Source of the DNA: Callorhinchus milii
Taxonomy: Eukaryota
Direction of reading: 5' to 3'
Assembly (NCBI RefSeq): GCF_018977255.1
Contig: NW_024704743.1
Coordinates: forward strand, 71,860,001-71,924,000
Length of the DNA: 64,000 bases
A model generated the notes under the pieces. It saw nothing but the letters and a program-made list of their open reading frames with translations. It was not told the DNA's origin and ran no database searches. Shown piece after piece: positions 25,393-37,623 of the stretch. Each line of letters begins with the position of its first letter. Within the stretch, counting starts at the first letter, position 1. The position numbers and the translations under genes were made by a program.

Positions 25393-26782
25393 CATTCTGT
25401 TTCCAAAGTCTGTAAAGTGCTTTGAGTCGTCTCGAAGACGTGATAAGGCACCATATCAAATGCAAGGATTATTATTATTATTTCTCGGAAACAGCTTCAG
25501 GAATGTGTTGATTGCTTAGCTTTACAGTTCTGGATCAGCATGATGAGGGAAAGCCAGTTTAAAAAAAAGTGGGAAAATTATGTGTCATATTTCAATGTTG
25601 TGTAGAATTTTGAGAAAGAAGCATCTTAGTACAGTTAGGCACTGTGCATAATTGTGCACTTTTATTAGTTGGTGAACAATTTCATTAATTATTAATCTCT
25701 TAGGTATCCAAAAATGTAAGCCGGTTAATTTCAGTCTATTGGTTTATATGTACCATTGAACATGATGTACTGTTGGTAATGGATACGCAGAAACAATGTC
25801 AAAAGGTTTGCAGTATGCAACACTGTCAGACTTAAATAAAAATATGTACTTTCATTGTGGTTGAATGATCGGTTACCATGGTTTATGGCGTCGTTACCAA
25901 ATGCTCATTACTTTGACGGCTTGAAAAACAATCCTCTGTCAACCCCTAGTCCTGGATTTGAGGAAGTTTTTGAAATCTTCTCACTGGTGCCATCAGTCTC
26001 AAAATAAATATTTTTCACAATTCTTTGCTTTTCCAAAAGCAGGTAACTAAAATTGGTGCCAATACTGTTTGGTGACATGGGTGTGTTGTAAATGCTTCAA
26101 ACACTGAAGGATAATGTCTACACAATAAGAGCTGTTCTGTAAAACTAACAAAACCAAGAACCTATTGAAAATTACATTTCCACTGTTCTGAAAATATACC
26201 ATTTATTTCCTTTTTCTTTGCTTCTGAGGTCAAATTTATTTCCTAAACATTGAGGACAAATTTATTTCTGAAACAGTGGAACATTGGCTCAAGAGGAGGT
26301 TAAGGGGATTGCTTTTAATTTTACAGAATACTATGAAGCATGACAGCCTGGCAACCTGATAACTCTTCAGAAGCTTTGTAGTTTGGGAAAAACCTTAACA
26401 TCAACAAGGGAATGGGACATGACCATCACTGCACTCTGCAAAACCATCAAATCTGATTTTCTGGGATGTGCTGAATTCTTGCTACTGCTTGTCAGATCTC
26501 CATGATGTAAATTAGTGACAACTTCAGAATACTGCAGCTTTTGAAAGTTGAATTTCACCCCATTTCACTGATCAATGATTCAACAGGGATTCTTCCCACT
26601 CAACCCGTTAACTCTACAAGCCAATGCAATAATGGGATAGAGTGGCTCCAGCAGTACAGCAATTGCTACTGCCCGTCTAACATATGCACATGATTAATTT
26701 ACAATTCAAATTTATTTTAATTTATTTAAGACTTCCATGCTGATTCTGTTCATGAATTGTTTTCTTCCTCTCCCACTTGTAG

Positions 26783-26892
26783 GTCACAAACCTGTCTTAA
26801 CAGATGTACAAGCAGAACTGGACAGAATTGCACGTAAGCCAGAAGCTCTGTCTCCGACCCATACGTCCCTAACAGAAGATGAAGCATCGTGA
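26783..26892 (+). CDS. DYNC1LI1: DYNC1LI1 terminal coding exon
   Basis: ttgtag|GTCAC...TGA; GHKPVLTDVQAELDRIARKPEALSPTHTSLTEDEAS*. Confidence 0.95.
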
Positions 26893-27633
26893 AAAAAAAC
26901 TGCTGATGGTTTATACTTCTATGTTTTTTGGCTTTGCCTCTCCCTTTTCCTTCAGTGTGTAACTGAGGATCACAAACTGGTTTTGAAGTAAAATGGACTT
27001 TAAAAAGTGACAACCATATCTGGCTCTTTCAATGTATGTAAGAAAACTATCAAGAGGGGAATAGAATGCTGCAAAGATGATTCTAGTTGCGGGGGTTTCT
27101 CTGAGGGGACAAAGTAAAAGTGATGAATGAAATACTGGGTCTTTGCATTTGTTTAAGTAAAACTCGTTTGCAGCCAGTGCTGGTGAGTTGGTCATATTTG
27201 CAAATATGGGACATTAATGTGCTGATTAGTCAATATGGTGCCTGAAGCAAACTATTGAATTTGTCTTGTTGGCCAGATGTATAGGAGGAAAATGCAAGCA
27301 TGCAAAATACACTTCTGAGAAACTTAAAGATGAATTGGTGGCCAAATTGAAAACTGCAGAAGTGCAACACACTTAACTGTTTAAAGTGCTGAACAAAAGG
27401 GGAGAAATGCCTAATTTTGTATAGTAACCCACAATGTTTGTCAACGGCAGTGTTAAAATTACGAAAAGGGGTAGAGCTTAACTGCCTCAAGGAATGTACA
27501 GTACTTCAACTTGAACTGATCATTTTTTTGTTCTTGTTGCTGGTTTAGTACAATCTTAACCCCAACCCTGTCTGGTTTCTGTATTGTAGTGCTGTTTCTA
27601 ATTACAGAAGGATGTAAGGATTGTAATCCTTTC

Positions 27634-27714
27634 ATTAAAGTTGTATTTATTCTCTGCAACAGATCTAAAATATATGTTGGTTCTTTATTTAGAATTTAGA
27701 GGAAATTCAATAAA
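27634..27714 (+). terminator. Candidate DYNC1LI1 polyadenylation signals
   Basis: ATTAAA at 27634-27639 and AATAAA at 27709-27714, after a repeat-free ~750-nt putative 3' UTR. Confidence 0.45.
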
Positions 27715-28425
27715 TTTTCATTCCCTAAATAATTGTTGTCTTTACACACAAACTTCTAACCCTCTCCGTGAGTCCCCTATAGAGAGGGTACATGGAAGTA
27801 TTCCAATTAAAAATAAAGTAAGATGTTACAAGGGAGTAAAGTATCTTCAATGAGGTTTCAATATTTCAAAAAGAGAAATACATTCTCAACATTCAGAATC
27901 ATTACGATATGCCCAGACAAACTGGCATTCAATAGTCTTATGAGGATAAATTATGAATTCTTCACTTTGTACTGTAATCAATTATACTACAAGCTTAAGA
28001 TAAGACAAAAATTAATCCAACATCATAAAAATAAGAAGCTGAAAGAATGAGACGGAAGGAAAGAAATTGAGTTTGGTCATAAGACGTATACATTTCATTT
28101 TAAAGAGGATTTTTATTACATCAAGTCTAAACTCCTTGTGCTATGGAGCAATTATTGTTGTGAAATGACCATTTGTGGGTAAGTGCAAGAGCCATTTGTG
28201 AACAGCAAGGTCACAAAAAACAGCCATGCATTTGGTAGAGCAGTTATAAACCCTCATACCTCTAAATAAGTTATATTTGTGTAGCACCTTTCACGTCGGG
28301 AGGATGTCTCAAGGGGCTGGAGTACTGACCACTTCATTTTATATTTCTGAAATGTTAATTATTTTAAAATCAACAGTTAAAAGTAGTTGACACTGCCATG
28401 AGTCTTAATTTCAACCATAAGCATA

Positions 28426-28745
28426 TAATAATAATAATAATCCTTGCATTTGATATAGCGCTTTTCACGTTGGGAGGACGTCCCAAAGCGCTTCACAGGA
28501 TATACTGTAAAGTGAATTGACTATATTTGTGGGCGAACGCGGCAGCCAATTGCGCACAGCAATGTCCCACAAACAGTCGTAGATTGAAAATGACCAATTT
28601 ATTATTGTATTTGGTTTGGGAGGGATTATTATTAGACGTGTGGAGTAAGGAAACTTGCCCAAAGTTTCGCCCTCTGCCTGGAATTGAACTCAGGTCTCTC
28701 GCTTGCAAAGCGAGTGCTCTAACCACTGAGCTACAGGACTCCACA
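28426..28745 (-). mobile_element. tRNA-derived Deu-SINE, full-length young copy
   Basis: Near-identical to 35188-35510. Confidence 0.93.
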
Positions 28746-29006
28746 AGTATACATTTCATTTTAAAGAGGATTTTTAAGTCAGAGAAAGGAAAAGCAGCAA
28801 GTTACACAATTTCGAAGTGAGAGGGGAAAAATAAGTTAAAATAGAAGATGGTGATAATATATATATATATTCAATGTATTTATTGAATATATATATATAG
28901 TATCTATGTATTATTGATAATATATATGTTATATATATATTATCAATGCTATACATTGAATATATATATCAAAAAATTAATGGGTGCTTTGAGAACGAAA
29001 CAAAAT

Positions 29007-29529
29007 GATAATAATGCTTGCATTTGACATAGTACCTTATCACAGTTTCAAGATGTCTTAAAGCGATTCTCAGAATATACTGAAAAATGAATTGACTATT
29101 TTTGTAGGTGAATTGTGCACAGTAGTGTCCACAAACAGTCGTAGATTGAATGACCAAATTATTTTTTTAAAATGTTGAAGGGATTATTACCTCCAGAAAA
29201 GCAATCTGCCAATCAACTAACAACCGGGTTCCTACTTATTGCTAGGTGAATAGAGGTGTGTGTAGTAAGAAAACTTGCTATACATTGAATATATATATTG
29301 AAACGCTGTACACTGTCCAGCCCCTTGAGACATCCTGAAGTGAAAGGCGCTATACAGATGTAATGTTGTTGTTGTTGCCCAATGTTTGCCCTGCCCAGGA
29401 ATTGAACCTAGGTCCTCTCGCTTTCGAGGCAGGTGCTCTAACCAACAACAACTAATTACATTTGTATGGCACCTTTCACGTCAGGAGGACGTCCCAAGAC
29501 AGTGTACCACTAAGCTACAAGACTCCACA
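29007..29529 (-). mobile_element. Long-subfamily Deu-SINE with two nested L2-tail insertions
   Basis: SINE sequence resumes after inserts at ~29279-29374 and ~29445-29505. Confidence 0.8.
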
Positions 29530-30659
29530 AATGATACGCAAAGCGGAAAGTGTTCCTCACGGTGCAGGGGATGATTCTTCTTCAGTAAATATTATGAATA
29601 TGGGTGTGCCTCCATCACACTCAGTGAAAACTACAGTGGCAGATCAACATGATTGAAAAATGTACACCAAGATTAAATCAAATTGAATTTTAAACTCCTG
29701 TATCTTCTACTTGAAGACCAGACCAAGGCATTTTACAATCTTGAGAAATAAGAGACTGGAAGCTAATACAATGAGTTCAACAATAATAAAAAAGCAATTG
29801 TGAAGAAACACATATAGGATGATACAGACCTGAGAAGGAACAAGTGACGTCACTTCAGGAGAGAAGTAGCAATGATCATTAATACTAATCCAATAGATCG
29901 ATGGGTAGATTGCTTTCTGGGGATAATAATCCCTTCAAAAAATTAATAAGATAAAAATAATTTGATCACTCAATCCACGACTGTTTGTGGGACACTGCTG
30001 TGTACAATTGGCTGCCACGTTTCGCCCACAAAATATTGTCATTCACTTTACAGTATATTCTGCGAAGAGCTGAGACGTCTCAAAGTCGTGATAAGGTGCT
30101 ATATCAATGCAAGGATCATTATTATAACTTTGACATCCACATCAGGATTTAAGTTCATAACCCAGACAGACATGCTGGTACACTCTTGAGGGAGTGCTTT
30201 TGGTACCTCTGGTCATTTGCTAGGTCCTGGCCTATCTGATACCTACTGTTCACTGGCTTTAGATTCCCTGCTCCAGGTAACACCTTCCAGCAGCTGTCGC
30301 CTGAAGCCTCATAGTTTCCTCATCTGCCATCTGGCAGACATGTACCTTCAGGGTGGGGCCCATGGATGTTCTCGAGGGCCGAGTCCAATGCCACTTCTCA
30401 TGTTTGCCACAAATCCACCTCATCTCTTGATCGACTTTGCAAATGGGTCAGAGAAAACCCCTCCACTGCGATCCCAGGAGCTTGGATTTGGGGGATTGTT
30501 GGCCAGGACACTGGGAGAAACTCCATTCTCTGTTTTGAATAGTGCCATGGGATCTTTAATGTCCACCTAAACCTTGATTTAACTTCTCAACCGAACCTCC
30601 AACAGTGCAGAGCTCCCCCAACATGTCGTTGGTGTGCGTCGCAGGATTTTGAAAATACA

Positions 30660-30865
30660 ATAAGTAATAATAATAATTGCATTTGATATAGCGCCTTATC
30701 ACGTCTTTGATACAAAACTAGATTTGCGCAGTGCCTTTCGGGCGGGAGTAGAGGGGGGAGTCGGGAGCTGGGGTGGCGGTGGGGGGGTAGGAGAGTGGCC
30801 AAAGGCGCAGTCGAAGAGGAGTCTTGAGACGTGCCTTGAAGGAGGCCGGGGGGGAGCGCTCCTTA
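30660..30865 (-). mobile_element. L2 3' end fragment
   Basis: SFKARLKT motif, pyrimidine-rich 3' UTR and (TTA)n tail on the minus strand. Confidence 0.75.
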
Positions 30866-31197
30866 CGCGTAATAAGTCTTTTTTCACGATTGGAACACAC
30901 CGCCTTTTAATTCTTAGAGTAAATATCACAGAAAGGGCCCACCCGGAAATCGAAACCTGTTGCCAATCGCTGAAAACAGGGACTAAACGTGTCATAGACC
31001 ATAATGACGAGAGGAGGAGATAAGAATCCAACACAGAGAGAGTGAGAGGTGGGGTTTCCTTTTCCTTTTCCAAAACAACTTGACCAACTAATTGCAATGA
31101 TCTCTCGCAACACAGTGCAATGCCATCTCTGATGTGTAGACTTTGCACAATATACTGGAGTGCGTGTCCTCTGCAAATACCCATCTGAGGGGGAGGT

Positions 31198-31790
31198 GTG
31201 AGAGTCAGAGAGAGAGAGAGAGAGTCAGAGAGAGAGAGAGAGGGAGTCAGTGAGAGAGAGAGAAGTCAGAGAGAGAGAGAGGAGTCAGTGAGAGAGAGAG
31301 TCAGAGAGAGAGAGAGGGAGTCACTGAGAGAGAGAGAGAGAGTCAGAGAGAGAGAGAGGGAGTCAGTGAGAGAGAGAGAGAGACAGAGAGTCAGAGAGAG
31401 AGAGAGTGAGTCAGAGAGAGAGAGAGTGAGTCAGAGAGAGAGAGAGAGAGTCAGAGAGAGAGAGTCACAGAGAGAGAGAGAGAGAGTCACAGTGAGAGAG
31501 AGAGAGAGAGAGAGTCACAGAGAGAGAGTCAGAGAGAGAGAGAGAGAGAGAGAGAGTCACAGAGAGAGAGAGAGAGAGAGAGAGAGTCACAGTGAGAGAG
31601 AGAGAGAGAGAGAGTCACAGAGAGAGAGTCAGAGAGAGAGAGAGAGAGAGAGTCACAGAGAGAGAGAGAGAGAGAGAGTCACAGAGAGAGAGAGAGAGAG
31701 TCACAGTGAGAGAGAGAGAGTCACAGAGAGAGTCAGAGAGAGAGAGAGAGTCACAGTGAGAGAGAGAGAGAGTCACAGTGAGAGAGAGTG
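31198..31790 (+). repeat. (GA)n microsatellite punctuated by GTCA/GTCACA
   Basis: Directly visible ~590-nt purine-rich array. Confidence 0.97.
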
Positions 31791-31910
31791 AGCGGTAATG
31801 CGGAAGTGAAGTGCAGTGAAGCGGAGACAGAGACAGAGCTGCAGCTCCACACCCCAACAGCAGCAGAGTCGGGGCTCGGCCCCGGGCGGCAACTGGGCTT
31901 CAGCGGCTAA
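31790..31910 (+). promoter_or_regulatory. Putative CMTM6 promoter/TSS region
   Basis: CpG-rich non-repetitive island between low-complexity tracts, with an ETS/GABP-type motif GCGGAAGTG at 31800-31808. Confidence 0.4.
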
Positions 31911-31995
31911 ACCTTTATGTTAATACTATGTAATATAATATTATATATATATATGTGTGTGTGTGTGTATGTATGTGCTGTCAGACCCCGGGCCT

Positions 31996-32162
31996 GGGGG
32001 GGGGGGGGGAGTGAGGAGGAGGGGGTGAGGGGGGGGGGGGGTGAGGAGGGGGGAGGGGGTATTGGAGGGGGTGAGGGGAGGGGGTGGGGGGGGGTGAGGA
32101 GGGGGGGAGGGGGTGAGGGGAGGGGGGGGGAGGTGAGGGGGTGGGGGGGAGGGGGGGTGAGG
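31996..32162 (+). repeat. G-rich low-complexity tract (G-quadruplex potential)
   Basis: Many runs of 4 or more G separated by TGA/A. Confidence 0.9.
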
Positions 32163-32218
32163 CCGCGATTGTTATGGCGATGTGGGTCTGTGCTGCACTT
32201 TTACTCTCTTTCACTTCA

Positions 32219-32840
32219 ACCCTCTCTCTCTCCCCCTCTCCCTCCCTCCTCCCCTCTCCTCCCTCTCCCCCCTCTCCCCTCTCCCCTCCCTCCCTCCCTC
32301 TCTCCCCCACCCCTCTCCCTCTCCCCCCCTCTCCCTCCTCCCCCCTCTCCCTCTCTCCCCTCTCTCTCTCCCCTCTCCCTCTCTCCCTCTCCCTCCCTCT
32401 CCTCTCTCTCCCCTCTCCCTCTCTCCCCCTCTCTCTCCCCCTCTCTCCCTCTCCCTCTCTCTCTCTCCCTCTCCCCCTCTCTCTCTCCCTCCTTCCCTCC
32501 CTCTCCCTCCCTCTCCCCCTCTCTCCCCTCTCTCCCCTCTCCATCCCTCTCTCTCTCTCACTCCCTCCCCCTCCTCTCCCTCTCCCTCTCTCCCCCACCC
32601 TCTCCCTCTCTCCCCCACCCTCTCCCTCTCCCTCTCTCCCCCTCTCTCTCTCTCTCCCTCTCCCCCTCCCTCTCCCTCTCTCCCCCTCTCTCTCTCTCCC
32701 CTCTCCCTCTCTCCCACCCTCTCCCCCTCTCCCTCTCTCCCCCACCCTCTCCCTCTCTCCCCCTCTCCCTCTCTCCCCTCTCCCCTCTCCCTCTCCCTCA
32801 CTCTCTCTCCCTCTTTCTTTCTCTCTTTTTTCTCTCTCTC
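32219..32840 (+). repeat. CT-rich polypyrimidine tract
   Basis: ~620 nt almost entirely C/T. Confidence 0.97.
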
Positions 32841-33124
32841 ACAGATTTTTCCTTCCGACACCAAAAGCGAAAAAAGGGAATCGATCTCCAGAGCCCAACA
32901 ACACCGGGAGGGGGAGAGGGGAGAGGGAGAGGGTCTTTAACATAAGGCTGTTGTTGTTGTTGTTGTTATTATTATTATATATAATGTTAGAGTTTGTCGG
33001 TCGGCAAATGAATTTGGCCCCAAATATTTAAGCGCCTCTGACGGCTGTTGAGGATTTTCGAGAATCGCCCACAAATTGCTGAGAAAGGAGTCGTTTTTCG
33101 TTCCAAACAGTTACTTTCGGTTTC

Positions 33125-33595
33125 GGGGGGAGAGGGAGAGAAAGAGAAAGAGAAAGAGAGGGAGAGAGAGAGAAGGAGAGAGAAAGGAGAGAGGGAGAGA
33201 AAGAGGGAGAGAGAGGGAGAGAAAGAGGGGAGAGAAGGAGAGAGGGAAAGAAAGAGGGGAGAGAGAGAGAGAGAAGGAGAGAGGGAGAGAAGGAGAGAGA
33301 AGAAGAGAGGGAGAGAAGGAGGGGAGAGAGGGAGAGAAAGAGAGGGAGAGAGAAGGAGAGAGGGAGAGAAAGAGGGGAGAGAAGGAGAGAAAGGAGAGAG
33401 GGAGAGAAAGAGGGGAGAGGGAGAGAAAGAGGGGAGAGAGGGAGAGAAAGAGGGGAGAGGGAGAGAAAGAGGGAGAGAGGGAGAGAAAGGAGAGAGGGAG
33501 AGAAGTAGAAGGAGAGAGGGAGAGAAAGAGAAGGAGAGAGGGAGAGGAAAGAGAAGGAGAGAGAGAGGGAGAGAAGGAGAGAGAGAGAGGGAGAG
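33125..33595 (+). repeat. GA-rich polypurine tract
   Basis: ~470 nt almost entirely G/A, with GAGAGGGAGAGAAA-like units. Confidence 0.97.
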
Positions 33596-33711
33596 CAAAG
33601 GGCAGACTCGTGGCAGACACTGGAGGGTGGTCCTGTCCGGGTGGGGGGGGATCTGATCTTGAGGAGGAGTGATATTTATTTATATTTATTTATGTGTTAA
33701 ACGGTGAGGGG

Positions 33712-33852
33712 ATGTCGGGCGGACACGAGAACGGGGACGTGGAAGCTTTGCCGAATGTCTACCAAGCGACGACCGAGAGCCTCCCCGCCCAGAGTTGGCT
33801 CCGCACCTCCTACCTGCGCAGCAGACTGGGCTTGTTAAAGCTGGCCGAAGTG
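33712..33852 (+). CDS. CMTM6: CMTM6 coding exon 1
   Basis: gggATG...GAAGTG|gtgagt; MSGGHENGDVEALPNVYQATTESLPAQSWLRTSYLRSRLGLLKLAEV; CpG-rich context. Confidence 0.88.
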
Positions 33853-35187
33853 GTGAGTGAGTTATAACCCCTCGGGTACAGTGGGTGGGGGGGGAGTGGG
33901 TGGTGGGTGGGGGGGTGCTCCTTGGTGCTGACCTGACTCCCAGGTGACATGTTTTACTCTGGATTGTGGGATTCGAGCCGGCCCTCTCGCGGTGGTCTCG
34001 GGATGGAGCTCCTGAGCCAGGCGGGTCCGCAGCACTCCAGGCTTCCCCCCCCCACCCACCCCCAAATCATTGAGGTTCACGTGTGCGATGACTGCGTTCC
34101 CAACTGGGGAAACCGTCCTCGCAATTTCCGAGGCTGATCGTTCAGCCCTTGTTCCTACCATCCCGCCAGCTCATTGGAAGCGACAGGCATTAGGAGCCAA
34201 TCTTGGGAATACCACTAAATACCAAAATATTTTCGGAGAGGGGAACGTGTTGTATGTTGGTGCAGGTTAATTTCTGATGTCCCCTTGTAATGACTCTCCT
34301 CTGGTGTCCCCAAGCCTTGACTCTTGCCAACCAGTGGCTAATGGTCAAATGCTCAAGAATTAGGTAAGCAAAGTGCGTCCTTTTGGGTGGAGAGTTCATA
34401 TTCTGTTCCAGATAGGGGAATTGTATCTGGTTTGGATGCTCTTAAGCTTGGTCATGGTTCCCACATGTGTCAAACCAAAAACAAAAATGGTTGACCAAAA
34501 AAAATGTTTCAACATCCCTATTGATTCTACCTCTCCAGCTTTCTGGTGTAGGTTGTTCCCCTTTCACAACTTTGTGCATGAATAAACACTACCTGATCTG
34601 AGTTCTAACAGTTTTAGTTCTGTTTTTAAGTCTGAGACCCCTTGTGATGCATCTCCACTATCCAAATTGACAGTTATTTTTAATTTTTTAAAAATCCCTC
34701 AATCAAATCATGTTTATCAATATATTGAGTGGCCATTAACAGTGCAGATCATCATCCAGTACTCTTTCTGTCTTATCACATTCAATTTTCCTTGATGTTC
34801 TTCACCCTCATGTAATTCTCAGTGGTGATGCTGTGTCAGTTCCCATGGACCTGCAGTCATTGGCATTAAACAAATAAATTGTGGGGTACTGGTTGCAAGC
34901 TACCATTTATTTTTGGGGGGCTTTTGTTCTATTTTTAATAAATGGTGTCTTGCAAAATGGCAGGTGAATTCTGTGATCTAAAAGTTTGGGGTCTAATATC
35001 ATAATCTCAGCTATACGGATGTCACAGTTAGGAATTGCGTTGGATCTCCCTCCAGCACTTCAAAGAATGTTAGAAGTGATAAAATATTGCATGTGTCATT
35101 AATTGTTCTTGTGGTTGTATGAACAATATTTCCTCCCATGAATAGTTGGATCCAGATTAGAATAAATGTAAACCCTTTCCATTCCAT

Positions 35188-35510
35188 GTGGAGTCCTGTA
35201 GCTCAGTGGTTAGAGCACTCGCTTTGCAAGCGAGAGACCTGAGTTCAATTCCAGGCAGAGGGCGTAACCTTGGGCAAGTTTCCTTACTCCACACAGAGTC
35301 TAATAATAATCCCTCCAAAACCAAAAACAATAATAAATTGGTCATTTTCAATCTACGACTGTTTGTGGGGCATTGCTGTGCGCAATTGGCTGCCGCGTTC
35401 GCCCACAAATATACAGTCAATTCACTTTACAGTGTGTTCTGTGAAGCGCTTTGGGACGTCCTCCCGACGTGAAAAGCGCTATATCAAATGCAAGGATTAT
35501 TATTATTATT
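35188..35510 (+). mobile_element. tRNA-Ala(TGC)-derived Deu-SINE, full-length young copy
   Basis: GTAGCTCAGTGGTTAGAGC (A box), CTCGC-TTTGCAA-GCGAG anticodon arm, GAGTTCAATTCC (B box), Deu core, L2-like stem-loop and (TTA)n. Confidence 0.93.
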
Positions 35511-36304
35511 CACTTTACAGAATATTCTGTGAAGCGCTTTGAGATGTCTTGAAGATATGATAAGGCTCTATATCAAATGCAAGGATTATTATTATTACTA
35601 TGTACAGCAAAAACTCCCTCTAATCTTTCACTAAATGGCCATTTTTGCGCAACTATTTTTCTCTTTCCCTGAAGTTTGATGGTAGGCACGCTGTACAATT
35701 TTCAAGTTTAGACTGGGCTATTCTTCAAACTACTTTAACTCTCACTCTTCACTATCAAAACCTTAATGATGATCTATCTCACCGTCACCCAAGATTCTGC
35801 AGGTCAATTTGTGACAATGGTGATGAGGATCCCACAATTTCTGGATTGTGGGGATGTAATTCTTGAGATTTGATTCATGTGGTTGAGGTAGATCTTGCCT
35901 GAAGCTGGAGGAAACCAATCTCATTTCTTGTGAAGTCTGCATCAAATGCTTGGCGATGTCAAATGACCAACTGGTGACTATCCAGCTTAGAGATGTTGTA
36001 AGCGGGATCTTCTTGTAGCTGAACTCGCTCCAACGTGACGTGTTTTGCAACAAAATATCAGAATTAAGATGACCCTCTGTGGTGGTCTTGCTAATCCAGT
36101 TCCTGAGCCAGATGGGTCTGCACTGGGAGCAGGGACTCTTCCCACTCAGCTCCTGTTATTCCCTGCAAGACAAAGCCCTGACGGGTACAGTGGTCCTCGC
36201 TAGATAGTTTGGTTTGCATACTCTTAAGCAATGGAGACACCCGGCTGACGCCCAAAAAGGAGACACCCGGCTGACGCCCATTTGAAAGTTGCAGAACAAG
36301 TCCT

Positions 36305-36925
36305 TTGCTGAGAGCTAATTTTGTTCAGTTGAAAGTCAACCAGACCGAGGCCCTCCTGCTTGGCTCCCGTCAGCGCCTCCTCACCTCAGGCACTGACAGC
36401 ATCACCATCCATGGTGGCACACTCCACCTTACTAAGCCAGTCTGGAACCTTGGCGTCTTGTTTGACCCTCAACTATCGTTTCTACCCCACATCTGCGTCA
36501 TAACCTGTTCTGCCCTCCCCCACCTCCGCAACGTCGCCCGGTTCCGCCACTGTCTCACACCGCAGGCCGTCGAAACCCTCATACACACATTCATAACATC
36601 CAGGCTCAACTATACAAAGCCCTTGTTTGTCGGCCTCCCTAGCTCGTCCCTCCAGAGGCTGCAGATCATCCTGAACTCTGCAGCCTGTGTCCTCTCCCGC
36701 ACCAAGCTCTGCGACTCTTATCGCCCCCATCCTCACCCGACTCCACTGGCTTCCCATCGCACAGAGGATACAGTTCAAGATTCTAGTCCTCACCTTCAAA
36801 GCCCTCCATGGCCTTGTTCCCCCCTACCTCTGTGACCTCCTAACCCTCTACCATCCTGTTCCCTCACTCCGCTCAGCGGGCTCTGGTCTGCTTCACGTCC
36901 CCCTCCTCGCTCGCCCCACTATTGA
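36305..36925 (+). mobile_element. L2 internal/3' fragment
   Basis: NFVQLKVNQTEALLLGSRQRL...[12 protein letters not shown]...LHWLPIAQRIQFKILVLTFKALHG; close to 45470-46080. Confidence 0.9.
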
Positions 36926-37623
36926 TAGAATGGAAATTATATGTTATAAGACTTCTTTTTGCAGGGAATTGCTCATGTTCCTTTCCCCATCAGTGGCCCT
37001 AACAACACTCTTTACACTAAACTGTCCTGAAGGTTACTTTCCAAATGTAAATAGTAGTAATCTAGTTAGATTTGGTGGCCCTTCTGTGTTGGAGGAAACC
37101 AAGGTTCATCAATTGATTTTATGAAATCATTGTGTAAACGATAGAATCTAAACCTTTTAACAGTCAGAGCAGGAATACAACCTCGCTATTACTGAAGAAA
37201 TGTCACTTTGTGTTTATTTTTAAAAAGAGGTTTATTGTCCCGGGTGAAATTTATATTCCATACACATCGGGTAAAAAGAAAAAGCCAGTTATATAGAAGC
37301 TTCTCTCCAAAGAGTTCTTTTAGTGATGACCAGGCAGCAGGATCAAAGGGGCCACCAAATGTTTGTACAACAGTCTGAAATCGGCAAACATGTATCGATT
37401 GGTTGGGAATCTGTGTTTTTATTTAGCATTGAAATTTGTGTGGTAATAAACGGTCGCTGCCCCTTTCTTTGATTGTAATGTTGCTGAACTCTATTTTCTC
37501 TCTTTAGAAAATAAAGACGTAAATACGTTTATAGATAGTTAGTTTTGCTCAGTTGGTTGCGTTCTTGACTCCAGGCAGAAGGTTCCAGGTGCAAGCCCCC
37601 ATCTCGAGCGCGTAGTCTAGAAT

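Larger units (their letters stand above)
295..26892 (+). other. DYNC1LI1: DYNC1LI1 gene span (cytoplasmic dynein 1 light intermediate chain 1), 5'-incomplete, 11 coding exons in window
   Basis: Eleven exons splice in frame with matching phases. The product has a P-loop, FFNSLL helix and a C-terminus ending ...DVQAELDRIARKP...TEDEAS*, which is LIC1-like. The gene lies upstream of CMTM6 as in human. Confidence 0.95.

Noticed and set aside
31198..33672. Long ORFs of 170-340 aa (RE-, SL-, GE-rich) on both strands
   Set aside because: Artefacts of stop-poor GA/CT low-complexity tracts; no domain features.
35188..35262. tRNA-Ala(TGC)-like sequence (also in other copies)
   Set aside because: No proper acceptor stem and always fused to the Deu core and LINE tail, so these are SINE heads rather than tRNA genes.
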